DNA from: a virus
Lineage: Duplodnaviria; Caudoviricetes
Virus record (IMG/VR): IMGVR_UViG_3300043423_000073
Coordinates: 1 to 64,000 of that record
Strand: one strand, 5' to 3'
DNA length: 64,000 nt
Below, in pieces: positions 30,134 through 39,600 of the stretch. Under the pieces are notes generated by a model. That model worked only from the letters and a program-made list of their open reading frames with translations, was not told the origin of the DNA and did not search any database. Position 1 is the first letter of the stretch. Each line of letters starts with the position of its first letter. A program made the translations under genes and the position numbers.

Positions 30134-30356
30134 TTTCCACCTCGTCAAAGGCCGCCATCCACTTCTTGTAGGCGGGCGTGCCCAGAAATGCCTTGATGGC
30201 CTTACGGTACGCCCACAGCTTGTCCCTCGCTTCCGCCCCGGAGAACTTTGCGAGGAACGCGTCATGAAAGTCCTCAGGAGGGTCCTGGGTGAAGTCCAGC
30301 TTGCTCAAGTTGACCTTGGCAGTTACTTGAAGACGAGTTGCTGCTTGGAGTTTCAT
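30123..30356 (-). CDS. leader-tagged 77-aa protein
   Basis: Start MKLQAATRLQVTAK after the RBS cassette. Confidence 0.8.
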   Translation of the reverse strand: MKLQAATRLQVTAKVNLSKLDFTQDPPEDFHDAFLAKFSGAEARDKLWAYRKAIKAFLGTPAYKKWMAAFDEVENEA

Positions 30357-30375
30357 TTGGTTTTCCTGCGGAAGG

Positions 30376-30723
30376 TTAGAACTTGTAGCTTTCTGTGGGC
30401 TGCGCGTCCTTGGAGCTAGCGTAGTAGTGTACCCACGCGCCTTTGGCAGCTTGAGCAAGCTTCTTTAGGTCGATAGCCGCAAGCCCTTTGCCAGAAAGTG
30501 TCCAACCTAAACCCGAAGTGTACACCGCCTTCAGCGCACCTTTAGGGGTAGAGAATACGAATTTGTCACGCGCAAGCCTAGAGGACGAACCCCCAGACTG
30601 TTTGTAATCCTCCTCCTGCACGCCTGGAAGCGACCTTAGGTAGTCCGCGAGCGGCCAGTTCTTTTCTAAGGAAGCCTCTGGCGCGGCAGTTAATTGGAGA
30701 CGTGCTGCTGCTTGAAGTTTCAT
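30376..30723 (-). CDS. leader-tagged 115-aa protein
   Basis: MKLQAAARLQLTAA. Confidence 0.8.
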   Translation of the reverse strand: MKLQAAARLQLTAAPEASLEKNWPLADYLRSLPGVQEEDYKQSGGSSSRLARDKFVFSTPKGALKAVYTSGLGWTLSGKGLAAIDLKKLAQAAKGAWVHYYASSKDAQPTESYKF

Positions 30724-30759
30724 TTTGGTTTTCCTTTGGGTTTCAACTGCAAGCTAGGC

Positions 30760-31008
30760 TCATCGGCCACCAAAGCCTGAGCCGTGCCGTGTGTTTTCGC
30801 CTCGTGTATTAGAACGGCGAGAGCTGCTTGGGCGTTTACCTGGGTTTGCAGCTTTCCACTGCTGCACCTTTTGCTTTTCTTTTGTTGAAAGCTGCTCCGG
30901 CTCTACCACAGTACCGTCGTCCCACTCCCACCGACCGCGTTTGTCGTTGAACTTGAGACCTGACGTCAGCTCTGTTGCGGTGAGACGGGTTGCTGCTTGA
31001 AGTTTCAT
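30760..31008 (-). CDS. leader-tagged basic 82-aa protein
   Basis: MKLQAATRLTAT; Arg/Ser/Gly-rich tail. Confidence 0.8.
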   Translation of the reverse strand: MKLQAATRLTATELTSGLKFNDKRGRWEWDDGTVVEPEQLSTKEKQKVQQWKAANPGKRPSSSRRSNTRGENTRHGSGFGGR

Positions 31009-31054
31009 TTTGGTTTTCCTTTTGGGTTAAATAGGTGGGCGAGTGAGCCTGGCT

Positions 31055-31789
31055 TTAGGCCAGTGTGCCTTGGTTGATCTGCTGAATGACCTGCTGCAGG
31101 TAGTCAGGCGCGTAGCTGTAGAGCCGCTTGTAATAGGCAATGGCGCTCTGCTTCTCGGCAGGAGTTAGCGAGGCGACCACCGCTGCCTGCACACTCTTTT
31201 TCACGTCCACTGGGTAGATGCTCACCACTTGTTCATATGCAACTTCCATGGCGTGGCCACGGGCAACGGAAAGCACGCGAACCTTGCTGTCGCTAGTTGC
31301 GAGTGCAAAGCCGTGATCGATGCTGCCATCATCGCCCACGTAGGCAACCAGCTCGTTGGCTGCGGCTTTGGCAATGGTGACGTTAGCAACGCGCGGCACG
31401 TCGTTGCGATGGTATGTGGCAGCTTGCACCAACTCAGACAGGTCCTCTTCGCCGCGGCGAACCAAGTAGGTACCCGCCGCACCACTGCGCACATCCCACA
31501 AAGTTTTGTCTTCCTCGGACATGAGGACGTTCTTGGCCATAACGCGGTAGCTGGCTTTCAGACTCTTAGGGTCAGGCATGACCACCTGCTTGTTGGCTTT
31601 CACAAAGCCTACGGCCACGCCTGCGCTAATCTTCTTGAACGAGTTGGCAACAGGGGCGGCCAAACCTTTTAGCTTGGCAGCAACGTGGTTGCGGAAGTCC
31701 TCGTGGTCAATGTCGCCGGTGAAGGACACGATGACTTTGGCCAAGCTGGGGGTAACCATTTTGTGGTCGGTAATGTTCAACGTTTTCAT
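31055..31789 (-). CDS. conserved virion/head protein
   Basis: Start MKTLNITD with RBS AAGGA; contains LKAS, VQAA and VVAS motifs. Confidence 0.65.
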   Translation of the reverse strand: MKTLNITDHKMVTPSLAKVIVSFTGDIDHEDFRNHVAAKLKGLAAPVANSFKKISAGVAVGFVKANKQVVMPDPKSLKASYRVMAKNVLMSEEDKTLWDVRSGAAGTYLVRRGEEDLSELVQAATYHRNDVPRVANVTIAKAAANELVAYVGDDGSIDHGFALATSDSKVRVLSVARGHAMEVAYEQVVSIYPVDVKKSVQAAVVASLTPAEKQSAIAYYKRLYSYAPDYLQQVIQQINQGTLA

Positions 31790-31913
31790 TTCATTTCCTT
31801 GGGTTGCGACACTTGATAGTGAGGAAGTTGCCCTATCCATTTAGGATTCGGGTTGGGTGTTACCGCAAAAAAGAGCAGGGGTGTATCTGCTAAGCCCACA
31901 CCAATGGGAAAAC

Positions 31914-32195
31914 TTACTCGGGGCTGAATTCTTTGATCTCAATCTTAAGAGCGTTGCCTACAACGTAGAACTCAGCGCTGAGATCGAACTGCGTACAAAC
32001 CCGGCCCAACATGACAAAGCCTTCATCCGTCACTGACATTCGGCCAGTCTTCGGTACCAAACCGACCACTGAGCCTTCGCCGTTTTCGTCAAATTTTGCC
32101 TTGACAACGGTGCAGAAGCTCCGGAGGATAGTGACTGCCTTTGCGGCCCATGCTGGGTTGGAGGCGACCAGTCGGCTTGCAGCAGAGATTTTCAT
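31914..32195 (-). CDS. leader-tagged 93-aa protein
   Basis: MKISAASRLVAS. Confidence 0.75.
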   Translation of the reverse strand: MKISAASRLVASNPAWAAKAVTILRSFCTVVKAKFDENGEGSVVGLVPKTGRMSVTDEGFVMLGRVCTQFDLSAEFYVVGNALKIEIKEFSPE

Positions 32196-32250
32196 TCTGG
32201 TTTCCTTGTTAGTTTGCAGTTGTTGGTTTGGGGTTTGGTTAATCAGACGG

Positions 32251-32766
32251 TTAATAGCTCACGCCATCGTCGAGAAAGTCAAAGGACAAGGTTGCAGAGA
32301 TTTCAACCCCAGCGCTTTCTGCACCGTTAAAGTCGACGTTCGCGATCTCCTCTAACCAGCAACCGTTGATCACGATGGTCTTGGTCGTGTTGCCTTGATT
32401 GTCGTAAAGGTCGAGCTCGGCGTTAACCTTGTACTCAGCGCTGTCTGCGCCGGTGTTGTTCTTCCATGACCGCGTGCGGTCCCGCCATTGACGCAGCTTG
32501 GTGTAGGAGTCGAAGCCGACCGTCTCCATAAGCATAAACGTGAAGGTGTGATCGTACTGGGCACGACCGGCTTCACGCTTTTTCACACCGTGCAGCTCAA
32601 TGTCGATGCCTTCGATCTTTGAGCCAGGCAAGCTCGTGGTCTTGCAACGAACAGTCAGCGTCTGGCTGTCATTGGCGCCCGGAATGAAGGGAAAGATCAA
32701 ATCGAAGTTCCAGGTCTGCGCGGCATCAGGAAGTGCCATAACCTGTGAGTGGGATGTTCGTGCCAT
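32251..32766 (-). CDS. tail tube protein (T4 gp19-like)
   Basis: CKTTSLPG...G...Y.HTF...E...W...YK...L.LYD..G...GCW...ATLSFD; downstream of sheath. Confidence 0.85.
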   Translation of the reverse strand: MARTSHSQVMALPDAAQTWNFDLIFPFIPGANDSQTLTVRCKTTSLPGSKIEGIDIELHGVKKREAGRAQYDHTFTFMLMETVGFDSYTKLRQWRDRTRSWKNNTGADSAEYKVNAELDLYDNQGNTTKTIVINGCWLEEIANVDFNGAESAGVEISATLSFDFLDDGVSY

Positions 32767-32769
32767 CGG

Positions 32770-33096
32770 TTAGTCCTCTAGGAGAAGGTTAAAGATTTTG
32801 CTTTCTGGGTCTTCGTCGTTTGTGAAGACGCGGAATGTCTCCTCATAGACGATGCCCAAAGGCGAGAGATGGTTAATGGTGACGTTGGTGCCCTTAACCT
32901 GAGACTCCTTTACCGTTGCTAGCGCGTCAAGAATCTGTTGCTGGGTAACCTTGTCCTCTGTGCGGAAGAAAAAGTTATTGCCTGTTTGTTTCAGAAAGCG
33001 TGCACCAAGAGGTCGAAGCAGCTTGGCCAGCGTTTGTTGGAGTATGAACAGGTTTCGGTCAGCGGCGGCCAGCCGTGTTGCTGCTTGAAGCTTCAT
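32770..33096 (-). CDS. leader-tagged 108-aa protein
   Basis: Internal start MKLQAATRLAAA. Confidence 0.75.
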   Translation of the reverse strand: MKLQAATRLAAADRNLFILQQTLAKLLRPLGARFLKQTGNNFFFRTEDKVTQQQILDALATVKESQVKGTNVTINHLSPLGIVYEETFRVFTNDEDPESKIFNLLLED

Positions 33097-33115
33097 TTTG
33101 ATTGGCCTTGTTAGG

Positions 33116-33595
33116 TTAAGCAAAGCCGCGCTTCTCAAACTCATTGACAGCCTTGTTTACGAAGGCCGCGTACTTGGCAGGGTTAAAGTTACCAAGACCA
33201 AACTCGTAGTAATCAATCTCGCGCTTGGGGGAGAGGTTGAGCCAAACAACACCGACGAATCGCGACTCTTCGCCAAAGTTGAACTCGAAAGACGCCCGGT
33301 AGGGTGCCTCCTCTGGTCCTGCCTCAACCGACCACACACAGCCGCCCAGCTCTTGGTTGAGGTTTATGCTGCTGCGCTTCACCTTGGCTTTACCATCAAG
33401 CGCCGCCTTGAAGCCTTTGTCGACTTCCTGGAGAACCGCTTTCATAAGAGACTTGGACTCCTTGCCGTTGCCGAAGTGGGCACGATCGGAAGCTTCCCCA
33501 ATCTGCTTGCCCACTGAAAGCAAGGCCTCACGAAAGGCTTTTGCGTCGCCTTTAGCCGCTGTTACTTGAAGACGTGTTGCTGCTTGAAGTTTCAT
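33116..33595 (-). CDS. leader-tagged protein, paralog family member 3
   Basis: MKLQAATRLQVTAAKGDAKAF...FVNKAVNEFEKRGFA. Confidence 0.85.
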   Translation of the reverse strand: MKLQAATRLQVTAAKGDAKAFREALLSVGKQIGEASDRAHFGNGKESKSLMKAVLQEVDKGFKAALDGKAKVKRSSINLNQELGGCVWSVEAGPEEAPYRASFEFNFGEESRFVGVVWLNLSPKREIDYYEFGLGNFNPAKYAAFVNKAVNEFEKRGFA

Positions 33596-33622
33596 TTTGG
33601 TTTTCCTTGTTGCCTGTTTTGC

Positions 33623-33632
33623 ATAAAATTAG
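33623..33632 (-). promoter_or_regulatory. putative late promoter core CTAATTTTAT
   Basis: 27 nt upstream of ATG 33595. Confidence 0.65.
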
Positions 33633-33701
33633 CGGTACTGCCTATTTGACAATGCCTACGGCTGCTGTGAAAGAGCGCCCGTTGGTAGCCAAAGTCCGCA
33701 C

Positions 33702-36086
33702 CTACCGTTGTTCCTGTGCCGTGTTCTCTATAAAATTACGGACCCACTTTGTCTTGCCTAGCGATTTAACCGCCCTTAACCCTAACTCTTCTATCAACTG
33801 TTTTTCTGTGCACTCGTCTGGGTTTACGGCTAGGCCAAACTTTTTGATCAACTCCGCCTTGCTAAACGCCTGCTTTGGTTGCCTATAAGGCCCACCGAAC
33901 CAGGCGTAGTAATCAACTGAATTTCTACGGAGCTCGCAGAAGCCAAGCTCTTGATACATGCCTCCTGTGAAGACGGTATTGTCTGCATAGGATGAGACCG
34001 ACTTGGGACTTGCTGCTCTCACAAATGCCGCCAGCAGCCTTGACGCGCCGCCTACCACAGAGCAGCTAGTCGCATAGCGGGTCAGCTCGTACACACCGGC
34101 CTGTCTTTTGCTTCCTCTGCTGCTGACTGTGTGGTTAAACGTCATGGCCGCCACAACCTTGCCATTGTGTCGCAAGCAGTAGGCGGTGCCTCCTCGTGGG
34201 GCGCCTTGTATGTGCACGGCGTTAAAAAACTTTTTGAGCTTAGACGCAGGCGCGACCACAATCTCGCACTGCCGAGCGTACACCCTCTTGCTGACCAACC
34301 CGACTAAATGTTCACAAAAGCGCCTAGCTGCCTGGGCATGAAGACGTACAACGTCCTCGTGCAGAAAAACGAGTCGATATCCTGCTGCTTCGGCCTTTGC
34401 CTTTTGGCGGGCCATCTCTTGTGAGTCTGACCAAAAGTGCGGTACAAAGGTTACTGCGATTTTCTTGTCAGGCACATACACTGTTTGGCGCTTTATTCTT
34501 TCGGCGCCTAGCCAGGCAGCAATTTGCCTCACGTACTTTGCGCAGTAATCCGCCTTGCCGATATCCGTGTAATACTGATGCCACACAAGAGCTTCTGGGT
34601 TTGGATGGGTATGCCAGTCGTCAGGTAGAAACACACAGCTACCTGCAGGCATTACCACCGCCCAACGTACCTTTAATCCACTCTCATCTGCCTGCCTAGC
34701 CTTTTCACGATTCCTGGCCACAGCATTAGGCATAAGCAGCGTCCAGGTAGATTTACACTCGACGAAGCCTTGTCTGGGAATGTAAAAATCAGGCGTCCAG
34801 CTCATACGTTTCGCCTTGTCGCGCGGATAGCGCTCGTCGAATTGCGTGCGGACTGTCTTGTGCCTTTTCAAAAGCTCGCGCAACAAGACGACCTCGCTGT
34901 TACCCTGCACCGTGTAGCCTTTGCCGTTTACCTTAACTTCTTTTCTGGCAAAGCTTGACTTTAAACCTTTGAGCGCTTGCAGAGGATTCTTGTTGGGCTG
35001 CTCAAATCCGTATTTTTGCAACCAGGTGGCCTTGCACTTTGCCATAATCTCTGGGTTTGAAGTCGCGACCTCATGTCCGTAGACACGAAGATTAGTGTTA
35101 CGGATTTTCTCGCGTAACAGCGGGCTGCCCAGGCCAAAGCCGCCATATCTAAACAGGTTTGTTTCGACCATCTTTGCTCGCACCTCCGGGCGCTTCATAG
35201 GATGGTCCACGCCATACTGCTCTGTGTGGCGTCTTTTACGGTTTTCCACTGCCTCAGGGTTTTGCATGTTATGCGCATACCCTGTTTTCTTCTTATAGGT
35301 AGCTGCCGCGCGCTTAACCACCTCTTTTAGCTGCCTCGGACTAGCAACACCGTAGCGTTCCTTATGCGTCTTCTTTCTCTCGCTTACCACTGAGGCAACG
35401 TCCTCTGCCGACTTGTTGCGCCAGGCTTTTGTGATTTTGTTCTTCACCTTGGCAGACTGTGTGGCCCAATCGCTGCCGTAGAGCGCACGATTTGTTTTTA
35501 TTCGCTTGCCCCGAACTGCGGCCACGTCAACCTTGCTCCACGCGGCACTAACTTTTGCTCTCACCTTAGCCGACGCCATTGGGCTAGACCCGCCATAGCG
35601 CTTTACATTGGTCAGCTTTCTTTTCTCGTATACCGCTGCAACCTCGTCAGCAGACTTTTCACTCCATGTCTGCTTGGACTTTTCTGTGCGTAGCTGCCAA
35701 CGGAGCCTTTTACCCGCTTCTGTTGGTAAGCAGTTCTTGCAGATGCAACATAAGACTGCGGTTGGGGTTTTACATAAAAGGCAGGGCCTGTCCATGGCCG
35801 CTACAAGACGTGGCGTGTTGATGCCTAGGCTGTGACGCATCTCATAGACAAACCTACGCCACAGCCTAGCCCGTTTGCCAAGCTGTGCCCAGAACTCCTG
35901 TGCGCCACACTTTCTGGCAGGGTACTGAGCGTAAAGCGACCTAATTGCCGTCTTGTCTTCGTCGGTCAGCCGACAGGGCTTAATCTTTGACTCTACTGAT
36001 GCTGGGTAGTTTGAAGGGTCGAAGTGTTTGCTTGGTTGGCTTAGTCGGCTTGGTTGGTTAAGTTGGTTAAGTTGACCAGCGTTCAT
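33702..36086 (-). CDS. free-standing Hef-like homing endonuclease (KTxxxRYG repeats + PD-(D/E)XK + degenerate Vsr-like + GNAT/Mom-like C-domain)
   Basis: About 8 T...(R/K)YG...S..V..K repeats; WTPDFY...VECKS; VYARQC...HIQG...ELTRYA...VVGGASRLL...SYAD. Confidence 0.75.
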   Translation of the reverse strand: MNAGQLNQLNQPSRLSQPSKHFDPSNYPASVESKIKPCRLTDEDKTAIRSLYAQYPARKCGAQEFWAQLGKRARLWRRFVYEMRHSLGINTPRLVAAMDRPCLLCKTPTAVLCCICKNCLPTEAGKRLRWQLRTEKSKQTWSEKSADEVAAVYEKRKLTNVKRYGGSSPMASAKVRAKVSAAWSKVDVAAVRGKRIKTNRALYGSDWATQSAKVKNKITKAWRNKSAEDVASVVSERKKTHKERYGVASPRQLKEVVKRAAATYKKKTGYAHNMQNPEAVENRKRRHTEQYGVDHPMKRPEVRAKMVETNLFRYGGFGLGSPLLREKIRNTNLRVYGHEVATSNPEIMAKCKATWLQKYGFEQPNKNPLQALKGLKSSFARKEVKVNGKGYTVQGNSEVVLLRELLKRHKTVRTQFDERYPRDKAKRMSWTPDFYIPRQGFVECKSTWTLLMPNAVARNREKARQADESGLKVRWAVVMPAGSCVFLPDDWHTHPNPEALVWHQYYTDIGKADYCAKYVRQIAAWLGAERIKRQTVYVPDKKIAVTFVPHFWSDSQEMARQKAKAEAAGYRLVFLHEDVVRLHAQAARRFCEHLVGLVSKRVYARQCEIVVAPASKLKKFFNAVHIQGAPRGGTAYCLRHNGKVVAAMTFNHTVSSRGSKRQAGVYELTRYATSCSVVGGASRLLAAFVRAASPKSVSSYADNTVFTGGMYQELGFCELRRNSVDYYAWFGGPYRQPKQAFSKAELIKKFGLAVNPDECTEKQLIEELGLRAVKSLGKTKWVRNFIENTAQEQR

Positions 36087-36110
36087 TGGTTTCTTCCGTG
36101 AAAAGAGGAA

Positions 36111-36175
36111 GGTCCACTGTGGCGTGTGCTGTTCACGGCAACACACAGGACGGCCATCCTATACCACAGTGGACC
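36111..36175 (-). promoter_or_regulatory. branched RNA structure (12-bp closing stem with two inner hairpins) between sheath and endonuclease
   Basis: GGTCCACTGTGG...CCACAGTGGACC enclosing GTGTG..CACAC and AGGA..TCCT. Confidence 0.55.
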
Positions 36176-36217
36176 TAAAACAGCTATTTACTGTTTACCG
36201 CGTCTTTACCTTAACCT

Positions 36218-38128
36218 TTATTGACCGGTGACCTGGCTCAATGCCTCTTTGAAGGACACGCCCGCCTTGGACACAACAACCTGCAACTGGATTTCATGAA
36301 TCGGAACCTGTGGGATCAAGATAACCGTTACCACCAATATGCCCGCATTACGTGTTGCTGCTGTATTGTTGCGGTCGTCGATAACCACGTCAAAGTCGTA
36401 GAGGCCAGAGCTGTTCTTCACGCTCTGCAGGTAGCTTGTGATGGAGTTACGCAAGCTGCGGCGAACAGCTTCCGTGTTCATCTCCTGCAGTGCATACATC
36501 AGAAACTTCTGTGTGCTGACCTTGATGACGTTGATGATACGGCGTACAGACAACCAGGACAGCGCCGACTGCTGGGCTGTCAGCGTCTGCTGCTCCCACA
36601 GTGCAATGCCCTGACCCACAAAGGTTCGTGTGTAGTTCACATTGGCTTTGTAGAGGTAGTCGGACATGCCCTCGTCGTAGGTATGACGAGCTTTGAGCAC
36701 ATTGAGCAAACCGCGGTTCAAGCCGGCTGGGCTGAAAGCAGGGTTAGCCACGCGGTCAGTGCGAGCACACAAGGCTGCGGCCCAGCCCGAAGGTGGTGCA
36801 TAGACCTGCCTGCCGTTAACCAGATCAGCCTGCAAAAGATCAGGGCAGAACAGTGCGCTGTAAGAGCTGTTGAGGTTCAATGACAAGTTTCGGTAGTCAA
36901 CTGCCGCCTGGAACTGTTGCATCGTCGACGGCACGTCAAGCAAGGCAACACAATCGCCACGACGCTGGGCCAAACTGTCCATGGCAAGCTGCACGATGGG
37001 GTCTGCAATACCTGCGTTCACAATCATGTTGATTTCGTACAACTGCTTGTCTTTGAAGACGTCGAGGGCAGCGGCCACGTCGTACGAGGTAGGAGCCGTG
37101 CCGGAGTTACCGCCAGTGAACTTTACCGCGGTGCTGTTGCTGATAGTGGGCACAGATGGCAGCGAGGACACATTGTTGCGCACACGCAGGTAACCGCTGA
37201 ACGGATTGATCTGGTCTTCCAATTCCATTTGGACGCCAGTTGCGCCGACCTTGGGAGTCAAAGTGGAAGTCCACTCTTCGGCCACCTCGCCGGTTTCTGC
37301 ACGAAGGCGCACAGTGAACTCTTCGTTGATGGAAGCGAGTAACGGATCGGTGATGGGGAGCACTGCGGTGTCTGGAGTGACCGCGCCAGTGTCGACGAAG
37401 GTTGTAACCCCTCCGCCCAGAACCGCGATACGCCCGTAAGCTTCGCCAGTGATACGCCCGTAGACTTCGTAGCCAACTGCACCAACAACGGGGTTCCAGG
37501 CAAGCGTGTTCTTGCCGCCGTTTATACCTGTTACAGGTACTTCGAGTGAACCTAAACTCTTGCCGTTGCTGCCCAAAGCTGCCACCTGATACGCATAGGT
37601 CTCTAACTCCAGCACACCGCCCTCCTCAGACGGCGTGACGGTTAGTTCGGTTGGTGCGTAGACGTTATTGGAAACGATTTCCAAAGAACGGTCTTTGCCG
37701 TAGGATCCTGGGCCTTGGCGCAGATAGAACAATGCGATGGCCGACTCGCCTGCATCTGCGAGACTGTCAATGTCAACTGTGTCTGGGCTGGCTAGACCCA
37801 TAGGGCGCAGCAGCTGCGTAGAATCGGTGGACACGAGCAACAGGCTGGCCGTCAAGTGATCTGAGCCTAACACACGGAAGAACCAGCCTGAGTTGCCTTC
37901 GGTAAAAAAGTTCAAGGCGGACTGAATTGTCATAGAGACGGTTGGGTCAGGATCACCGTACTCACGGATGAAGGAGTCGGCTTCCGTAAAGAACATTGGT
38001 TCAGCCGAGCCTTGTCTGGTCACCACAGGCATCAACACAACAGAGGACGACGAGGAGGTGATGACCTGAGACAGGTTAATCTCTTGGGCGCGGACGTCGC
38101 TCGAACGACGGACGATTTGGGTTGTCAT
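36218..38128 (-). CDS. tail sheath protein
   Basis: F...YGDP; R.DC.ALLD; PPSG..A...ARTD...SPAGLNRG; WEQ.TL; L.VRR. Confidence 0.92.
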   Translation of the reverse strand: MTTQIVRRSSDVRAQEINLSQVITSSSSSVVLMPVVTRQGSAEPMFFTEADSFIREYGDPDPTVSMTIQSALNFFTEGNSGWFFRVLGSDHLTASLLLVSTDSTQLLRPMGLASPDTVDIDSLADAGESAIALFYLRQGPGSYGKDRSLEIVSNNVYAPTELTVTPSEEGGVLELETYAYQVAALGSNGKSLGSLEVPVTGINGGKNTLAWNPVVGAVGYEVYGRITGEAYGRIAVLGGGVTTFVDTGAVTPDTAVLPITDPLLASINEEFTVRLRAETGEVAEEWTSTLTPKVGATGVQMELEDQINPFSGYLRVRNNVSSLPSVPTISNSTAVKFTGGNSGTAPTSYDVAAALDVFKDKQLYEINMIVNAGIADPIVQLAMDSLAQRRGDCVALLDVPSTMQQFQAAVDYRNLSLNLNSSYSALFCPDLLQADLVNGRQVYAPPSGWAAALCARTDRVANPAFSPAGLNRGLLNVLKARHTYDEGMSDYLYKANVNYTRTFVGQGIALWEQQTLTAQQSALSWLSVRRIINVIKVSTQKFLMYALQEMNTEAVRRSLRNSITSYLQSVKNSSGLYDFDVVIDDRNNTAATRNAGILVVTVILIPQVPIHEIQLQVVVSKAGVSFKEALSQVTGQ

Positions 38129-38400
38129 AGGTTCTTCTCCTTAGCGTTGTTTTGAATGTCGACAGTCTTTGTCGGGGTCTTTGGCAGGACGGCAGGTGCC
38201 GGTGTTTTCTGAACGAGAGCCGCAGGCTTGTCGGGGTGGACTTTGACCACACCGGGATTCAGCGCCAGCCAGTTACTGTCAACGGTCGCGCCTTCAGGCA
38301 AGTCCACAGTACGCTTGGCGGCCACATGCACATAGTTCACGCCTCGGGGTTCAATGATGCGGATAGCTAATGCCATCGTGCCTTGATTGGTGACTTTCAT
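38125..38400 (-). CDS. small structural protein
   Basis: ATGA-coupled to sheath. Confidence 0.6.
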   Translation of the reverse strand: MKVTNQGTMALAIRIIEPRGVNYVHVAAKRTVDLPEGATVDSNWLALNPGVVKVHPDKPAALVQKTPAPAVLPKTPTKTVDIQNNAKEKNL

Positions 38401-38414
38401 TTGAGTTCCTTTGT

Positions 38415-39065
38415 TTAAAATGGAGTGAACGTCGCGCCGCTGAGATACTCTTCTGGGTGCTCGTCGGTCAGGATAAGCGTGTTAATACGTCCGCGCTTAC
38501 CCAGGTCAGGTTCGGAAGTGTATCCGTGTATAACACCGCTTGCGCTGGGCTTATAAACTGCCTCAGTGTCTGACGGGTTTTCTTTCTTCGGTGTGCTAAC
38601 CTGCTCCGTCAAAACATAGCTGACCGCAACATTGGTCAGCCCATAGTTGATAGAGAAGTTAGCTGCTCCGTTGCGGCGTGTAAAGAGCCACCTACGGGCA
38701 AAGGCCATAACCGAGTCTTTGTTGTCGCTGAATTGAGCGCTATGAAAGACTAGGTTGAACTCGAATTTGGTTGGGTACAGACGCGCCATCATGTACTGAT
38801 TGTTGTCTGTGCTTAGGGTAACAGGTATGCCTTCGCGGATCATGCGCTGAGACACATAAGGGCTCTCAGGGTCAGAGCTAACACCCGTTATCTCAACAAA
38901 CGCATAGGGGTAGGTCGGCGCGGCGTTACCTTGCAGAATAGCCAGTTGCTTTAGCTCATCAATGCCTGTGGTAATAATGACGGGACAACTTAACTGCTCT
39001 GACATTTTGCGCTGAAAGCCCTCAAGGATGAGACCTTCGATTGGGGGTATTGCCACGTTTGCCAT
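38415..39065 (-). CDS. putative tail completion/neck protein
   Basis: Position between capsid and sheath; YPYAFV motif. Confidence 0.5.
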   Translation of the reverse strand: MANVAIPPIEGLILEGFQRKMSEQLSCPVIITTGIDELKQLAILQGNAAPTYPYAFVEITGVSSDPESPYVSQRMIREGIPVTLSTDNNQYMMARLYPTKFEFNLVFHSAQFSDNKDSVMAFARRWLFTRRNGAANFSINYGLTNVAVSYVLTEQVSTPKKENPSDTEAVYKPSASGVIHGYTSEPDLGKRGRINTLILTDEHPEEYLSGATFTPF

Positions 39066-39076
39066 GCCCTAGTCCC

Positions 39077-39086
39077 ATAAAATTAG
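39077..39086 (-). promoter_or_regulatory. putative late promoter core CTAATTTTAT
   Basis: 11 nt upstream of ATG 39065. Confidence 0.65.
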
Positions 39087-39098
39087 AGGAGGAAAACA

Positions 39099-39127
39099 AA
39101 AAAAGGGAGGCAGTGCCTCCCTTTTTC
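39099..39127 (-). terminator. intrinsic terminator after the capsid operon
   Basis: AAAAAGGGAGGCA-G-TGCCTCCCTTTTT hairpin with T-tract. Confidence 0.7.
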
Positions 39128-39140
39128 TACGTGCGCAAGA

Positions 39141-39542
39141 TCAACGACCGCGACGGCGTGTCATGCTGCGCAACACGGAGGCCATGGTTTCTGCGGGAGC
39201 GTCTTCGCCCATGCCGTCATCCATGCCGTCATCCATGTCCACATCGTCCATGTCGGAGGCCAGTTCCATGTCCTCGTCCATGCCTTCATCCATGTCGTCC
39301 GAGCTGGTCAGTTCGTCAAACAGCTGCTCGTCATTCGCTTTCAGGCGACGCTTCGAGGCACCCAGCTTGCGCTGAGCGGCATGGGCGTGGGCATTGGAAG
39401 CTTCCAAGACCTGAATGGCGGCAACGACGTCCGATTCGCCAATGGCTTTTGCGAACAGTTTGGCGGCCAAAGTGGTGTTGCCTTTGCGGCCAGCGTTCAA
39501 TGCCAGAGCCACGTGGTCAAGAGTGCGAGAGTATGTACGCAT
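39141..39542 (-). CDS. acidic head/core protein
   Basis: Follows the MCP; Asp/Met-rich; LEAS, KLGAS and RLKAN motifs. Confidence 0.65.
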   Translation of the reverse strand: MRTYSRTLDHVALALNAGRKGNTTLAAKLFAKAIGESDVVAAIQVLEASNAHAHAAQRKLGASKRRLKANDEQLFDELTSSDDMDEGMDEDMELASDMDDVDMDDGMDDGMGEDAPAETMASVLRSMTRRRGR

Positions 39543-39600
39543 TTTGATTTCCTTGAGAATTGATGATGGGACTAAGAGCCCCTAGGGGCCCTTAGCGTAT

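Noticed and set aside
28860-31030. Leader DNA repeats as a CRISPR array
   Set aside because: Spacing is irregular (hundreds of bp), the repeats contain RBS+ATG, and the intervening DNA is intact ORFs. No cas operon is present.
33702-36146. Endonuclease as intron- or intein-encoded
   Set aside because: The flanking sheath and downstream genes are complete, so the element is free-standing.
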